A DNA stretch of 64,000 bases from Octopus sinensis (GCF_006345805.1 NC_042998.1:63674001-63738000); one strand, 5' to 3'. Shown: positions 36,378-52,099, numbered from the stretch's first letter. Numbers and translations: made by a program. The notes: generated by a model from the sequence alone, not told the origin.

Positions 36378-38599
36378 TCTCTCGCTGGATTTCCTTCTTT
36401 GCTCATGTCTATTGTCATTAGTTTCGACTGCAAATTTGCAAGAAAAACATTAATGAGGTCAATATCTGCGGCTTTGATGAGTTTGTGATGTCTAAGGGAA
36501 ATGCCCATTCTTTTCGCCCCAGTAAGTGAAGAAAAAAAAAACATTCAATTAATAAGGCGTTTTCTAACTTTCTTCGCGCGCACTGCTACGTTGATACATG
36601 TTCCAGTGCACCCAACGTTTGCGACTGTTTTCAGCAATTTAACATGAATAAATTTTGCATCTCCTATATACGGAAAGTTGGAGACTACTCTAGTTTTCGC
36701 CTACAAAATTTTAATTTTCGAAGAATTAAACAATATAGTAATATTTTAACACAAACCTGGAGTGCCATTAAAATATATAGGAGACTCTGACGGCATTTGG
36801 ATTTACACTTCATGAATGTTCAATTCATGTGCGATGGAAATGCCCAAGAGAAAAGTACATGTATTATCCCTTGTTCTTTTTGCATTTCTTTCGGCGTATT
36901 ATAGAGGAATCAATATCTATTTTTATTACAATAAAGTTACTAACCCGTGTCTGTTTGCATTTTTTTATGCAGGGATATAGCAGTACTTGAGACTAAGCAC
37001 ATTGATCAATTGTGTCCATTAACTTTACAATTCAACTTTTACAGCCACAATATAAAATATGAATTATAAGATAGCAATCGACTTGTCTTTGATCTTCAGT
37101 TCTGGCAAGTCCGTGACGGATAATAATGATAAAGACTTAAAAGCCAATTTAGCAAGATTTAATGAACCGAAATTTACGCAAAACAGATAAGGAAAATCCT
37201 TATAATTATATTCCAATCAGTCGAACATCAAGTGTAAATGATTCTAGGAAACACTGCCCACACTTAGGTTTTATTTAAAGTTATATCGATCAGTTCAAAG
37301 TATTCCTGTCATTTTAGAATACTATATTTCTATACAGTGTTTATTTCACATGAAAATTAAATTATTCAATTACAAATCTTCATTCTTAAGTTATCTGATA
37401 ACCTTTATAATAATGTTATATCTATTAACGTATCAACTGATATTTGACATTGTGGGACATACAGGAAATCAATAGATCAGTAGAGATTATACGATCTGCT
37501 GCTTCTCGAGATAAGTAGTTTTAATTTTCCTTGACCATTCGTTTATATGCTTAACATTTATTCAATCCGTTTCTTTGTTGAATAAGTTCACACATGTTTA
37601 CGAACACACACATACACAAAGGTACATACACAAACGTATTATAAGTTATAAAAGTTATGTTAACTGGGACTTAAAGCCTGGCGATTTATTCAACGATTCA
37701 ATGGCTGAATAAAATTCAAGGCGGATTCGAAAGTCTCAATCAACAGGAATTTTATGATAAACCGGAGTCTACTTTCAGTATGGAATCACTGCATGATTGA
37801 ATGCTCCGTTGCGAATTGTAAACTTGTTTTAAATAATCTTAATTTAACAAATACGCACACACATAACTATGTATATGTTTATGATTGCTTGCGTGGATAT
37901 AATGTGAAGGAGCAATACCTAGTGATAGTTGTATTCTGTTGACAGACGTAGGTCGTTGCTTCTGTTCCTAGCCTGGATAACACGTTTTATAATTTAGTAA
38001 ATCCGGTTTTTTTTTTCAATGCCTTAAAGCTAAATAGATGAAAGAATGTTCTAGCCCAGTGCTCCTGGAATCTATTCCCTTCCAATTTCCATACATTTGT
38101 TGTCCCACTTGGTCAAGAAATAAAGGTGCGTGTGCGAATTTATGAATGCTCGGGAGTACTTAGACATTTAAAACAATTAGCCAAAACATAGCTCGTACGA
38201 TCAATGGTATTATTTCATACACGCTTCAGAGTGGCGATTTAGTCACACACACACACACACACACAAGCATGGACATTTATATAAAAATTTGTGCATGAGT
38301 TAACACATTTACGTAGAATTTGTGTTATACAGTCCAATAATGATACGTAATATTTTCTTATTACGCCATAAAATTTCAATTCGAGGAATACCGTTTCTAT
38401 GAATTATAATGGCGCAATACCTTTCGACACCATCTTTTCAATGAATTCGTTTAAATAACGCGTACATTATCATCGCTTCCTTCACGATTCGTCTTCGAAA
38501 ACTTCTATAAACTACACTAGTTTATTTTGTTACCAAATTAACCGGAAGAAAATTAGGACACAAAATGTGCAGGTATATATTTACACGCATTCAGATACA

Positions 38600-38603
38600 C
38601 ACG

Positions 38604-38692
<89 letters not shown>

Positions 38693-38852
38693 ATATATAT
38701 TTATCTATCTATCTTCTATCTATATATTTATCTATCTATCCACCTATCCTTATGTTTGTATGTACGTATGTATGTATACATGTACGTATGTATGTGTGCA
38801 TCGCTATGTCTGTCTGTCTATCTATCATCTATCAATCTATCAACTAACTATC

Positions 38853-38934
<82 letters not shown>

Positions 38935-38935
38935 G
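38600..38935. repeat. Compound (ATCT)n tetranucleotide array; another pure array at 45197-45335
   Basis: Direct reading of the sequence. Confidence 0.97.
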
Positions 38936-40202
38936 TGCCCGTCTGACTGTCTGTCTGTCTTCCTATCTGCGTCTCTATGTATGTATAAATATAAATATAA
39001 ATATGTGTGTATATACATAAATATAAATATGTGTGTATATACATATGTACAGATGCATATACCCATAATCTATATGTGCATTCATGTGTGGGCGTAGGCG
39101 TGGATTCGCCTTCATGTGAGTTAGACGAGCAGAAATTTGAAGTGGGAGCTTCCATCGGTTATTTTAAGGAAAATATTTGTTTCTTGATATTATTATTCTC
39201 TGTAAACCTTATATAAGTTTCTGATTGTATTCGCGTAATGTTTAATTTAGAAGTTTGTTAAAAACATATTATCAAAGAAAATTTTAAGGTTTCATAATAA
39301 TAGCAACGACAATAATCCTTTTTGTAGCTTGTTTCATTCCTTGTCGTTTGTAATTTTAGTTTATATACGTCATAAAAAGGGATATATAAACCTGGAAGCG
39401 AACGTCTATGTAGTCACGTTATATATTATATGTTACAGAAAATGCGACTTTAGTTTTGAAAGTTTCCAACGTCTAATTTGCGAATAAAAAGAAAAATACT
39501 GGAACGCTTTGAAAAATAATCCGATTCACATTTTCTCTATATCTGTAATTAACACAATATAAGTTATACTCGCTAACTTAATCACAGCAGATTAGCATAT
39601 TTCACTCAACCGAAAGTAAATAACTATCATACTTACTTCTGGAAATGTAGCTTCACAAACTTAATTACGTAAATAATCATAAACTTACAAAAGAACATAA
39701 ATAGAAGAAACCAAAAGATAATAATAATGATAATAATAATAAAATAACATTATAAAAAAGAATAAATAGTAGAAAACATTGAAGATTTATTCTTTCGGTG
39801 ATAGGAAAAGAAAAGTATTTTCTTTGATCCTGAACACTAAGGAATTTCATGTTAGCGATAATTATCTCACTAACGAAATAAAAGATAAGTATAAAAAGCA
39901 ACGCGAAGGAACTTATGATTTACGCTGAAGCAAATTTCGGAAAAATATTCGTTACTAAGTTGGGGAGCGAGAAAAAAGAGGATTGCAGCAAATAATAGAG
40001 ATAAAGGTATCAAACATAAGGAGTTGCTGGGTTTTGTTACGTATATATGTTTTTCTTTACTCTGCTGATAGTTTGACGATTCTTTAGTGTCAATCTCTAT
40101 CAGTGTATATAATTAGACTTTCAAAGTTGATTATATCAAAGATAATTAGTGTCTGATTTCCGATTAAGTAAACACAAAACATATGCATGCATGTATGTAT
40201 GT

Positions 40203-40313
<111 letters not shown>

Positions 40314-40667
40314 ATATATATATATATATATATGTATATATAATATATACACACACACACACCACATATATATATATACATATATATATATATACATATA
40401 GTACATACATATATGTATATATATACATACGCATATACATATATATACATATATATGAGCGTGTATGCATATGGATGTACATCCCCACAGCATATTGCAT
40501 ATACATCTGTATATATTTATATATTAACTCTTACACTTTGGGATATGTGATTTTATATATACATGCGCATATATATAAATACATACACTCACACACACAC
40601 ACATTCATACATGAATATATACACATACATACAAAAACGTATACACACACATATATAGATGTATCTG

Positions 40668-40739
<72 letters not shown>

Positions 40740-41289
40740 GCATATATATATATATATATAGATATATATATATATATGCTGGGCTCTCTTTGTATATACA
40801 TATTTGTATGTATATATCCATATACTTTCGTACACATGAATACCGAGTGGGGTGTGTGAGAGATTGAGAAAGAAAGATTGAAATAAACACAGAGAGAGAC
40901 AGAGAGAGAGAGGGAAAGAGAAAGAGAAAGAGAGAAAGGGAGAGAGAGAGGGAGAGAGAGAGCATGCATGAAAGTGTGTGGTTTGAATGGATGAGCGTAT
41001 TGGAACATCGATATAGAATCCGCTCTTCATACGTAAATTCTATTATACTAATAATACTTTTTCACAATGACTGTAATTATCAAAAGAGATGGAAGTAGCC
41101 TCGACATGCGTGAATTTGACTATTGGAAATAACAGCAAAATGACTTCCGAATTACTCTGAGGTTTTAGAGTTAGGTCTTGAGATGTACAAAATGTGTTGT
41201 CACGGAAGGAATCCTTTTGATTATAATTCATGTAACAGTCGTATTTGTTGCTAAGCAACACTATAAACAAATTTAGAACGACAGTCACA

Positions 41290-41465
41290 GGCGTGACAGT
41301 GTTGTAAGAAGTTTGCTTTCCAGCCATATGCTTTCGGGTTCAGTCTCACTGCATAACACGTTGGGCAAATGTTTTCTTCTATAACCTCGAGACGATTAAA
41401 GGACTAAAAGCCTTGTCAGTGGTTTTGGTAGACGGAAACTGAAAGATGCTCGAGTGCATTGTGTG
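41290..41465 (+). mobile_element. SINE family A, 5' half
   Basis: ttcgggttcagtctcactgc..gggcaaatgttttcttctataacc..ggtagacggaaactgaaaga. Confidence 0.75.
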
Positions 41466-41623
41466 TTTGTATATATATATATATATATATATATAATACT
41501 ACAAAATTAGAAAATGGAGAAACATACTTAAATCAATCAAACATCAACATCTAGCAGTATATTGGATATATGTTATCCCATGGTGGGTTGAATTTTCAAC
41601 CCCTATCTCATTTTATATATATA

Positions 41624-41665
<42 letters not shown>

Positions 41666-42877
41666 AGTAAGCACATAAATGTGCAACAATGTAAAAGAAA
41701 TAGTACTTGAATAACGGAGGTAGAGTAATTTACTTTATTTATAAAGCTGCAAAAACATCACAAAAGCTGTTATCCAAAGTTTCACTTTCTCGTTCGCTTA
41801 ACCGATTTTGTTATGTCTTTGTAACTTTATCAATAAATTATATAATGTACGTATATATGTGTGTGTTTGCTTCATTATGTGTGTTTGTTTGTGTGCATGT
41901 ATCTTTGTATGTGTAGCATCATTCATAAAATGTAATGGGGGTCGACTGGTTAGGCTACAAACTCATCAAAGCGGTGCACCAGCATGACCACCGTCTAATG
42001 AGTGAAACAAATAAAAGAGCAAAGGCAACAAGAACAACAATAAATTGTTCTACGGCAACGACTACATCTACAAAAAATGTGAGTAACATCACTTTTGAAA
42101 CTTGTAAGAAACATTCTGATATACGCGTAAGATATGCAATACACGCTTGATTAAACCAAGTTTTCCTCAAAAGCAACAGTAGCACAGCACCTCAGAAAAT
42201 AAATGGAATTTATATACGCACGCATCAACAATGAAAGGAAGGTGTGTAATCAACTCTGCATTCTAGATGAAATCGTTCTTTAATCGAATGTTCAGCATCG
42301 GTGGTCAGAAACTGACAAAAGAGCTGAAGGTCATGAGGTCTTTAGAAAAGAAACCTCACTCAGGCGAGTTTTTCTTCCTTTTACATGTTGCACTCTAAGA
42401 GGGCCGGGCTGCATTCAGATCACGACGCCTTGGTGCTCATCTCCCCCTGTCTCTTTTTAGCCACTTTTATGTGGGAAACCCATGGATTTGGACGTTAATA
42501 ACAGTTTCATGCAGCATCGTAGTAATTACTCAACTGCAGTTTAGATATCATTTTCACAGCTGCCATATTTGTTCGGTGGCATGCGAACGAGATGTCATAC
42601 AGGAATAAAATTGTATAAAGACAAAAGGTTGTTTAAACATATGAAAGCAACTAATCACTCCCGGATTGTATTAACGGTTATTTCCTTTGTGATTTATGCT
42701 TTGGAAATCGTGGGCGAATTCGAAATGTAGAATACATAAGGAAACAAGAATGGAAGTGTTACTGTTATTCAATTTTGAAGTAATTAATTGGTATTCTGCC
42801 TGAAGATAATTACTGCAGTACTTATATGCATACACACACACATATATATATATATATGTTAGGGCATCTTATACATG

Positions 42878-43010
42878 TATTAGGTTTGTGCGTAATTGTT
42901 TCGGCTTTTTTCAATAAATTTTATTCAACAAAATATTTAAACAAAACGCCAAGCAGATATTGAAGTAGATGGTGAATATTCACCAGAATAATCATTTCAA
43001 GATGCTTTTG
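42878..43010 (-). mobile_element. Mariner terminal fragment
   Basis: tattaggtttgtgcgtaattgtttcggc resembles a mariner TIR, followed by aataaattttattcaac. Confidence 0.45.
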
Positions 43011-44383
43011 TTAAATGCTGTTATTGTTTTTGTTGAATATAATTTATTGAAAAACTCCGCAATAAATATGCAACAACCTATTATTTTAATGAGTGGATTG
43101 AAGATTTTGAAGGAGCTGTAACACATGGTACCATGTGTGTATATTTTTAAAATTGCGCAAGTGTATAATCGCACATTAATATTGGTTTTTATATGTAAAT
43201 TAGCAAAACTCATATAAGAATTGACAATATGCGCTTAATTATAAATAGAGCTGAACCACCAAGTATGATATAAAAAATATAAATTATAAGTGCGAAATAC
43301 ATGTAAAACAGATGGAATAGAACACATCCAACATAAATTAACATAATTAATACTAGAATCCTAATGAATTGGTAGAGCAGCAGGACAATTCTTTCCGGCG
43401 CTTAGTTAATTATCATTATATACTGAGCCCAATGAGGCTGGCGTTACATGTGCTTTAACCCTACAGGAATAAATTAAACAGTTTTCTTTCAATCACTTGG
43501 TGTGTATAATCCAACATATTCATACGGAGCATATCTAAAATACACGCATGCTACTGGAAGGTACAACAGCAATTTTCAGTTTAAATTTATTACCTTATAT
43601 CTAACTTAGCAAACAAGATATGCATGTATGCATGTAACATGTGTCACTCAAGAATGTATATAAGCATACATGATGTGAAACGACTTTAATACTGCTGTAT
43701 ATTACCGGGAAGTCTATCTCATTTTCTGCAACATCTTCCTGTATTTCGTCATGCAGAGAAATTCTAATACATATTTGACTGGTAGATAAAGATTAATTGC
43801 ATATTTTCCTTCCTCCTTCATATAAAAATTTAGAAATATTGTGATATTACATGGAAACAATTTATGACTAGTCCCGTCACATATTTAAATATGTTACATT
43901 GAAATCCAAAAATATTTTTCTGCCATATTTATTACTGAGAGGAAGAAATTCAGAACTGAAAATTGTTATTTGTCGGGTTTGATACAGCAATCTTGAGCTT
44001 CGTAACTAACCTGAATGTATGTAACTTGTTATTCTCGATTCAGTAGGCTCCGGAGCAAGTTGAGGATGGGAAACTGAGAGGCGTTTACGGTTACGACTAA
44101 CTCAATAACTATATATTGTATTCAAATTAATATATTTTTGTACCGTATTTTAAAAATATGAAATAAGAAAGTCATGTAAAGCTTTTCTTGAATATGTCAT
44201 TATTGCATTTCTTGACAAACTCACAAACACAAACGTACACACACACACACATACACACAAACACATGCATTTGTACGTATATTTGTATGTACATATACAT
44301 TGATGTAAGTATGTATTTATGTATCAATCTATCTATCTCTCTCTGTCACTCTTTCTCCTTATCTCTGTGATTCTTTCTCTCTC

Positions 44384-44437
<54 letters not shown>

Positions 44438-45214
44438 CTCATCATTTATAATGTTATATATAATATTCAGGAATATTGAATGAATACAATCACTTTCTTT
44501 CTTATAAAGCATATTTGTTCTATATTCCTAAGATATCAGGCTATTGTGTCGATACCATTATTTTCCTCTAGCACAACGTAATGTGCAAGATTTAACGATT
44601 TCAAGAAGCATTACCAAAACATCTTTCATAGAATAAACACACGTGAGATATAATGCGCATAAAATAAAATTAGTAATGCTATGAAGAATTATTTGCACGA
44701 AGAGATGAATTATGTATGACAAATAGATGACGATTCACTAGCATAGAATAAACCAAGTTATATATATATATCCAAAGAATGGAATCGATCAATCCATATT
44801 TGTGCTAAGTGTCTTGGAACCGAGTCAAGTGAAGCATCAAAATGGATTCCCATTGGAATGAAATGAACATATCGTCTAGCGCGAAGTTTTCTCTATTGAA
44901 AATGATTGTTTAACTTGGCCCTATCAATACTTGGACATTTCTCCCAAGAGTTTGATCACCTGAAAAGAGTTTTAGCGTTACCAATATAGATTTTCGATTA
45001 TTATTTCTGATTCCTTTCAAACTCATATATATGTATACATGCATATATTTACGCATGTGTTTGCGTGTGTATGTATTTACATATAATATTTCTCTGTATG
45101 TGTTTGTCCAATTGTCACCAATGGACATTACATTGAAATCCGAAAATATTTTTCTATCATATTATTGTCCCAATTATTGTTGCTACCACTAACACTGTCT
45201 GTCTATCTTCGCAC

Positions 45215-45337
<123 letters not shown>

Positions 45338-46149
45338 GTGTTTTACTTTATTTTTTCCTATTTGCATCACCAATCCTATATATTTATATATATATATATA
45401 TATATAACTTTTATGAAATGCAGTTAACAAATGATAAATCTTTATCACAAGGTGTTTTTTCCTACAAACAACTACTGAATGAATTTGTCAGTTTTTCTGT
45501 ATACTCTTCAATTCAAATTGGCATCTATAAAATTTGATGTTTACTTCGAATTAATATTTATCATTTTCATAACTGATATATTTAAAGTTTAATAATTTGG
45601 TGAAGATGTAGATTTGCAATACATTCCAGCCTACTGTGTTTGGAAAAAGACATTAATGCACATCATTATCAGAAGCAGTTTGATTACTACAGAGAAATCG
45701 TTGGAAGAACCCTCCTAAAATTTTAGACATAAATAATTAAGCGAATACCTAAATATTTAGACACCGCGGACGAAAACGAAAGAAAACACTTTTGATTGAA
45801 TTTAGTCAGAGGGATATAGACAATTTTTCTTTAGAGAAAGAGTTCTCATCCTTATTATGGAAACCATAAATGGAGGTTATTTTCATTGGCACCACAATAT
45901 CTGTAGATTGTTGTTCGGTGCCTATCTTCCGGCTTTCATTTTCCAAAGTATATGGTGTCAGGACTAAATGAGAGTACTTTTTATTTCTCCTTTCTTCTGG
46001 CAAAGTTTGATGTGTTGGTGAACAGACAACGTCGTTCAACAGCAGAAATACTAACGTTGTATTCGAGAAACGGTTAGCTGACAATGAATTGTCGAAGTCA
46101 TCAGAATATTGGAAAAATATACTTGTATCCTAATGATTTGCACCAGGTT

Positions 46150-46735
46150 ATAAAATGCCGTCTTTGGGTGTGTCTCCAGCGAGGGTTTTGTCGCACTTTT
46201 CTACTTCTTTGTATAAGGCCTTAGGCTCAATTCAAGCGGCTATATGTAGCTTTTGGAAACTTTGGTCAAACTGTGGATGGAGAGGTATGCTTTTAGATCG
46301 TCGCAAATACTGCAGCAAGATGCGGTTCCGTGACATCCACACTGAAAGTGCCAGAAGCTGTTGCCGTAGAATTTCTACAACTACACCAGCCCCTGGTTCT
46401 GGCTTTATAATTTTCCAGATTTAATCGATCGGGTTACAGTGTGGTAGGCACGATTGAGAAAGACACAAACCGATCTGCTTGCAACGCCAAGGCCGAGTTG
46501 GTTACTAAGATCAAGGAGGTTTTCGAAGGCCTCTCATGGATAGTGCAAAGCATACGCCAGAATCTAGAGCCATCATGAGGCCTTAGTGGAAGCTGATAGA
46601 AGTAAACTCTTATCACCTAGCCATAATCGAGTTGATATTTTTCAAGCTTTTAAAATAATTCAAATTTTGAATGGGGTGTTGTATTTTATTTTCTGTTTAT
46701 TCATGCAGACTCTTAATTTAGACCGAACAGTGTAG
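46150..46735 (+). mobile_element. Tc1/mariner superfamily (maT/rosa-like) transposase 3' half and terminus, degraded
   Basis: QQDAVP, FWLYNFPDL (degenerate WPPNSPDL), GTIEKDTNRSACNAKAELVTKIKEVFEG. Ends in tttagaccgaacagtgta. Confidence 0.7.
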
Positions 46736-46936
46736 TTGTTATTGCTTATTTTATCCCCAAGTAATTCTAAACCAACAACAAACATACATATCTCAAAGAT
46801 ATGCCGACTTTGATGATTCAGTCTATAATTTTCTCTTTGTACACCATTTCATAATATTGTACCATAAGGGTATGATATAAATGCTTGAAAAAACATGCAT
46901 AACATATATATATATGTATATATATATATATTATAT

Positions 46937-47000
<64 letters not shown>

Positions 47001-47858
47001 AGACTTCTGATCTTGATTGATATTTTAATCCGTTAGAAATGTGTATTTTAAAATTAACTAAAGATTTAATCGACAGGTTGAACTATTTGAAACTCTCATT
47101 GATATCTGTTTATTATGGCGTTTGTTAATGGCTATCACTAACTCGAATAGAATAACTTGACTCTGTTTCTACGCCTCTGTGTTCTGAGTGGACGTACAGT
47201 GTTACTATAAGTATTCAATCTAAACACACTTGTTCAATTTATATCAAAAATATTCCTCCCAAACATGTTAAAGTCTGACCTTCAGCACAACAAATACTGT
47301 TTAGAAAACTACCAAATGTAAATCAAAGAATATCTACAAATTTGGATTTTGTACTGAGATTTTGAAGCTGCAAGGAAAATATACTCGTGTATTTATATTT
47401 AACTTAAAAGTTAACGCAACTTAAATGTTAAGTTAAAACCAAAGACAACTTTTAAATTAACCAGGCGTTTAGACATTTGTCACTGTCTGTGATAAACAAT
47501 AGTCTTGTACAATAAAATCTTTCGATAAATTCTTTTGTTCTGTACAACAAGGAATATTACTTAGTTTCTTAACGAGTAAATAATTGTAAGATGTTTTCAA
47601 AGAAAGACATTTTCAGACAAACCGTCATTGGAAATTTACATGGAAACGGAATAAACATAGAAGAGTTTATGAGAAGCAGAGAAATAAGATTCAATTAATA
47701 GTGAAAAATTAAGTCTAATTAAGTATTAGCAATAGCCGCTAACTTAACAAAGAGATTATCTTGAGTTCCATCACGCGGAGAAACCGTGCAGGAAATTGTA
47801 ATTAGGTGAGCACGAACGATCAATGGTATGTAAATAATCAGAAATTTCAGTAATTACA

Positions 47859-47950
<92 letters not shown>

Positions 47951-48654
47951 ATAAAAATATGTATATACGTACAAGATAGGAAAATAAAAAAGGGTAAATG
48001 TGTGTGTGCAGAGGCGTGTATGCATGTTTGTACACACACATGTTTGCGTACATGCGGATATGAAATATACACGTATATGAGTATGTACACGCACACACAG
48101 ACACTCATGCACACACACGCATGTATATAATGTAGACGGATCAATCGAGTAATCGTGGCAAATCGTAGTGTATTAATCTCTGGCATAAACACGGCACGTA
48201 TAGAGAACACAGGGAATTCAGATGATTTGATAATTGGTGAATAAATTTTATTAATCAATGCATCAAATAGATTTTTGCGATGAGGTGACCAGTCTTATAG
48301 AAGTGTATTTCGAAAGCGACATACGTTGCTTATAATATGATAAGCAAATTTGTACATAAAAGGAATGGGAGAGGTCGCTAAGTACTGCGATTGTTTCCAA
48401 AAAGCACGTTCGATGTATCTTACTTGACATTTCTAATATCCGTAATTGTCCAGTATGTTTTCTCCTCAGACACGTACACATTTTGTAAATGAACCTAATG
48501 TACCTATGTGCTTTTTAAACTCAATTGCAGCACTCAGCGACATCTCAATCCTGTATATACATACTTATATGCGTACGTACATAGGTACATAGATACATGC
48601 ACTAACACACATTTATTCACATGCATGTATGTGTTATGCATGCATTTATATATA

Positions 48655-48693
<39 letters not shown>

Positions 48694-49170
48694 TATATAT
48701 ATATATATATATATACATATAATAATAATAATAATGATAGGGAATATTATTCCAAACTTACAAGGAAAAATTCAATTTAGTAATACTAAATCGAATTTCA
48801 CAATATATAATATATGTATATAAATTAAAGAAGAACCACCTTTTATCAATTCAACAATGAAATAACAATGACATATTTAAATTATTCCATAGAGAAATAG
48901 ATTAAATATACGATAAATACATATACCAATAATTAAGTAAAATACAAAATAATAAATAATAAATATATAAACTACAAAATAATAAATAAAATAATAAATA
49001 AATATTTATTCTTTATTATTTATTTTTATTTTTCATTTTCTACTTTACTTAACTATTGCTATATGTGTTTATCGTATATTCAATCTTTTTTCTATATGGT
49101 AAAATTTAATTATAGCATTGATATTTCATTGTTGAATTGATAAAAGGTGATTCTTCCCCCCCTCTCTCTG

Positions 49171-49235
<65 letters not shown>

Positions 49236-49349
49236 GCATATATGTATGTATCTATGCATCTCACTCTCTATGTATATCAAACGTTTTGTTCGGATATTCA
49301 CTGATGACAGTTGACAACTTTTGTCTCCGTGTAATAACATTAATTTGAT

Positions 49350-50470
49350 ACAATCTGCTCAATCATTGCTGAATTGTTCGTTCTTTATTTTCATATATAA
49401 TTTACAAACATTTTTTATTCATTATTGTACACCTTTGAAAATGAGTGGGAAAATTTCAGCCGTAACTATTTTATGCTACTTGTGAAAAAAAAGGGCTGAG
49501 TTCAAAGTTAGCATAAATCAAATTATTCTTGTGAAAGGCTCAGGAACTCTCAAGGAACAAAACAGTTTCAGATGTTTCAAGAAAGGTGATCGAAGGTAAT
49601 GGAAGCCTTCGGAAGATGAGGTTTTGTTTGAAATGGTTGAAAAACAGCCAAAGAAGGCACTCGTGTATACACAGTAGAACTTCGTCCTTCACCACGCATC
49701 TTGAATTGATATTTCCATAAGCTCGTCTTTTGGACAGATTGTATTGAGAAGCTCTTCTTGAAATGACAAATCACCAGGCCCAAGGACGTGTTAACATTTG
49801 CAAACAAATTCCTTAAAATCCTGAAGATTCCAGTTTGGGGCGTCGTATTATAATTTGGAAATAATACGAGAAATCAGTGGTTTCCTTCGGGCCAGACTTC
49901 CGAATCTGGTTTCAAACAACGGTGCTTTGAAGAAAAGGCCATGTTGTGTGTTTGGTGGAATTTCGAGGATGAGTTTCACTCTGAGTTTGCCGCAGATGAT
50001 CATGCTCTAAATGTTAGCCATTATGCTCAGAAGATGCAGCGAGTATAAGCTGCTTTGAAAGCACGCTACACGGCATTGATTAATCGAAGATGCGTACTCC
50101 TAAAGCATGATAATTCTCCAGCTCACACTTCCAATGTGACCAAGCACAAACTTGTGAAACGTGAGGGGTTGGAAGTACTGCGATATTTTGCCTACATTCC
50201 AGCGCCTACACCATCAGACTACCATTTTCTGCGAGCCATGGCGTATTATCTGGACCGACTAATGTTCATCAATATAGATGATATTAACAATGGTAGCAGT
50301 GAATATTTTATTTCTAATCAAGCCAAATGGTATATGTGTGGAATTGAGTATCTAACAACCATGGCAATAGACAAAGCGATTTGATACGACATATTTTGAT
50401 GAATAAATGCTTTTCGTATATAATTTGTTTGAAAACCTAAAACTCATAATTACTTGTGACTGTGCCTGAT
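49350..50470 (+). mobile_element. Second, older mariner, degraded
   Basis: KKAMLCVWWNFED; LLKHDNSPAH; APTPSDYHFLRAM (ORF 50055-50384). Right end ttgtgactgtgcctgata. Left TIR poorly preserved. Confidence 0.8.
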
Positions 50471-51623
50471 ACACATTTGCAACGTCCATCGACTCAATTA
50501 ACTCTTCACGTAATATCTGTTATCGATGAAATATCCTCCTGAATGACGATAAACTGACGTCAGTAATTTCTCTCTTCTACTACACGTTTTATCAAACGAA
50601 AAGAGGTGATACACTATCAACAAAGTAACACCAACAATGCGTCTGTTGCACCACTTGAAAACAGGAAATTAAATTGTGTGACTATGATAGCAGACATATT
50701 ACTATGATCTGAAGCATTCGATGTAGGCTGAAATAGTCTCAAGTAGAAGCCATTTAAAGTTTTTCTTTTAGAATTTTCTCCACTCTCCAAACATATAATG
50801 GTGCGCAGTCTGTTCTACGCCTACGAATCATTAAGCCATGTTAAAAGGTGTTATATAGAGCTTTTATTAAATACATATAACTCTAACCAAATATTTTGTA
50901 TTTCTTATTCAGAGATACAAGAATATAATGAATCTCATTCCTATACAACAGTACTTGTATGACGCTCCAAATGAAGAAAGATACAATAATTCGAAAATAT
51001 TTTCCAACTGGTTGAAATTGAGATACGCTTCAGCACGTGTGCTAGGAATATCCGATTTTCATTAACATTCGTACGTCTTAAATTGCATGTTTTGTGTGTC
51101 TACAAGTAACATTAAATACGAGTGGTTCTCAACTGTTGTAGGCCGGAAAAATCCAACATGTAACATCTAGCTTAACCTATTGTTATGTAGAAGAGCAGTG
51201 TGAAGCAAAATCAACATTGTGTAACAATGATAGATATAGAGGCGGTGCTCCATCTTGGCAGGCAGTCAAATGACTAAAAGAAGAAAAAGAATAAAAGTAT
51301 AAAAGAATAGATGGAATGTAAATTTTCTTTCGTGATTTTGCTTCAGACATGAAATGTTTTCAAACCTGACGACGAGCCTAATGTACGTTTTAACGTTATC
51401 CTGAAGATACTTTAGCGTACAGAAATAATATGTAATATATAATAAATATGTACAGCATTAGAATTAGCGCATCCATCAGTGCGTACATCGATACATCCAT
51501 CCATTCACCCAGCCATGATAAGTCTCTCCCACGTGCTCAGTGCAGAAAGACAAATCATTTTCGTACCAAAATATGACAATTTTAACACGTACGCACATAC
51601 AAACGCACGCGCTAGTATACGGA

Positions 51624-51679
<56 letters not shown>

Positions 51680-51681
<2 letters not shown>

Positions 51682-51890
51682 CTGTTATGCCTGTCTGTGT
51701 GTCTTCTAGGATCTTTAGCATCCTCCATCCGACAGCGCTCAAATTTGATATGTAGATACCGATGGTATCAGGGCGTGTATAAATCTTGAAACGATTACAA
51801 AAATCGATTCCAGGTGAGAATGCGATCGATAATGGCGTCGATACGTGCATTTCTACGCCCAAGTACTTAGTTCCCTGGGTTGTTGCTTTT
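51680..51890 (+). mobile_element. Possible non-autonomous Helentron/DINE-like repeat
   Basis: (TA)n then tctgttatgcctgtctgtgtgtc..ctcaaatttgatatgtagatacc, reminiscent of DINE-like cores. Recognition only. Confidence 0.25.
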
Positions 51891-52099
51891 CATCAAAAAT
51901 CGCCCCAAGTTGATTTCATACATGTTTTATCAGATAAACCTATTATTGTCTCAGGTACGTTCTCATAAATTCATCATGTATTTCCATCTAGATTCACCTC
52001 CAGTTAACCCATATGCTTGCATCCTCTTTGTCCTGTTTTTCTTCCGTCAACCTGTACAGAACTGCACCTTCCATTTTGTTTTGGCTGTTTTTGTACTAG

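Noticed and set aside
42267-42620. Exon-like + segments (MKSFFNRMFSIGGQK.. with a GC-type donor; HFYVGNPWIWTL..)
   Set aside because: No recognisable homology and no consistent phase chain with the other candidates.
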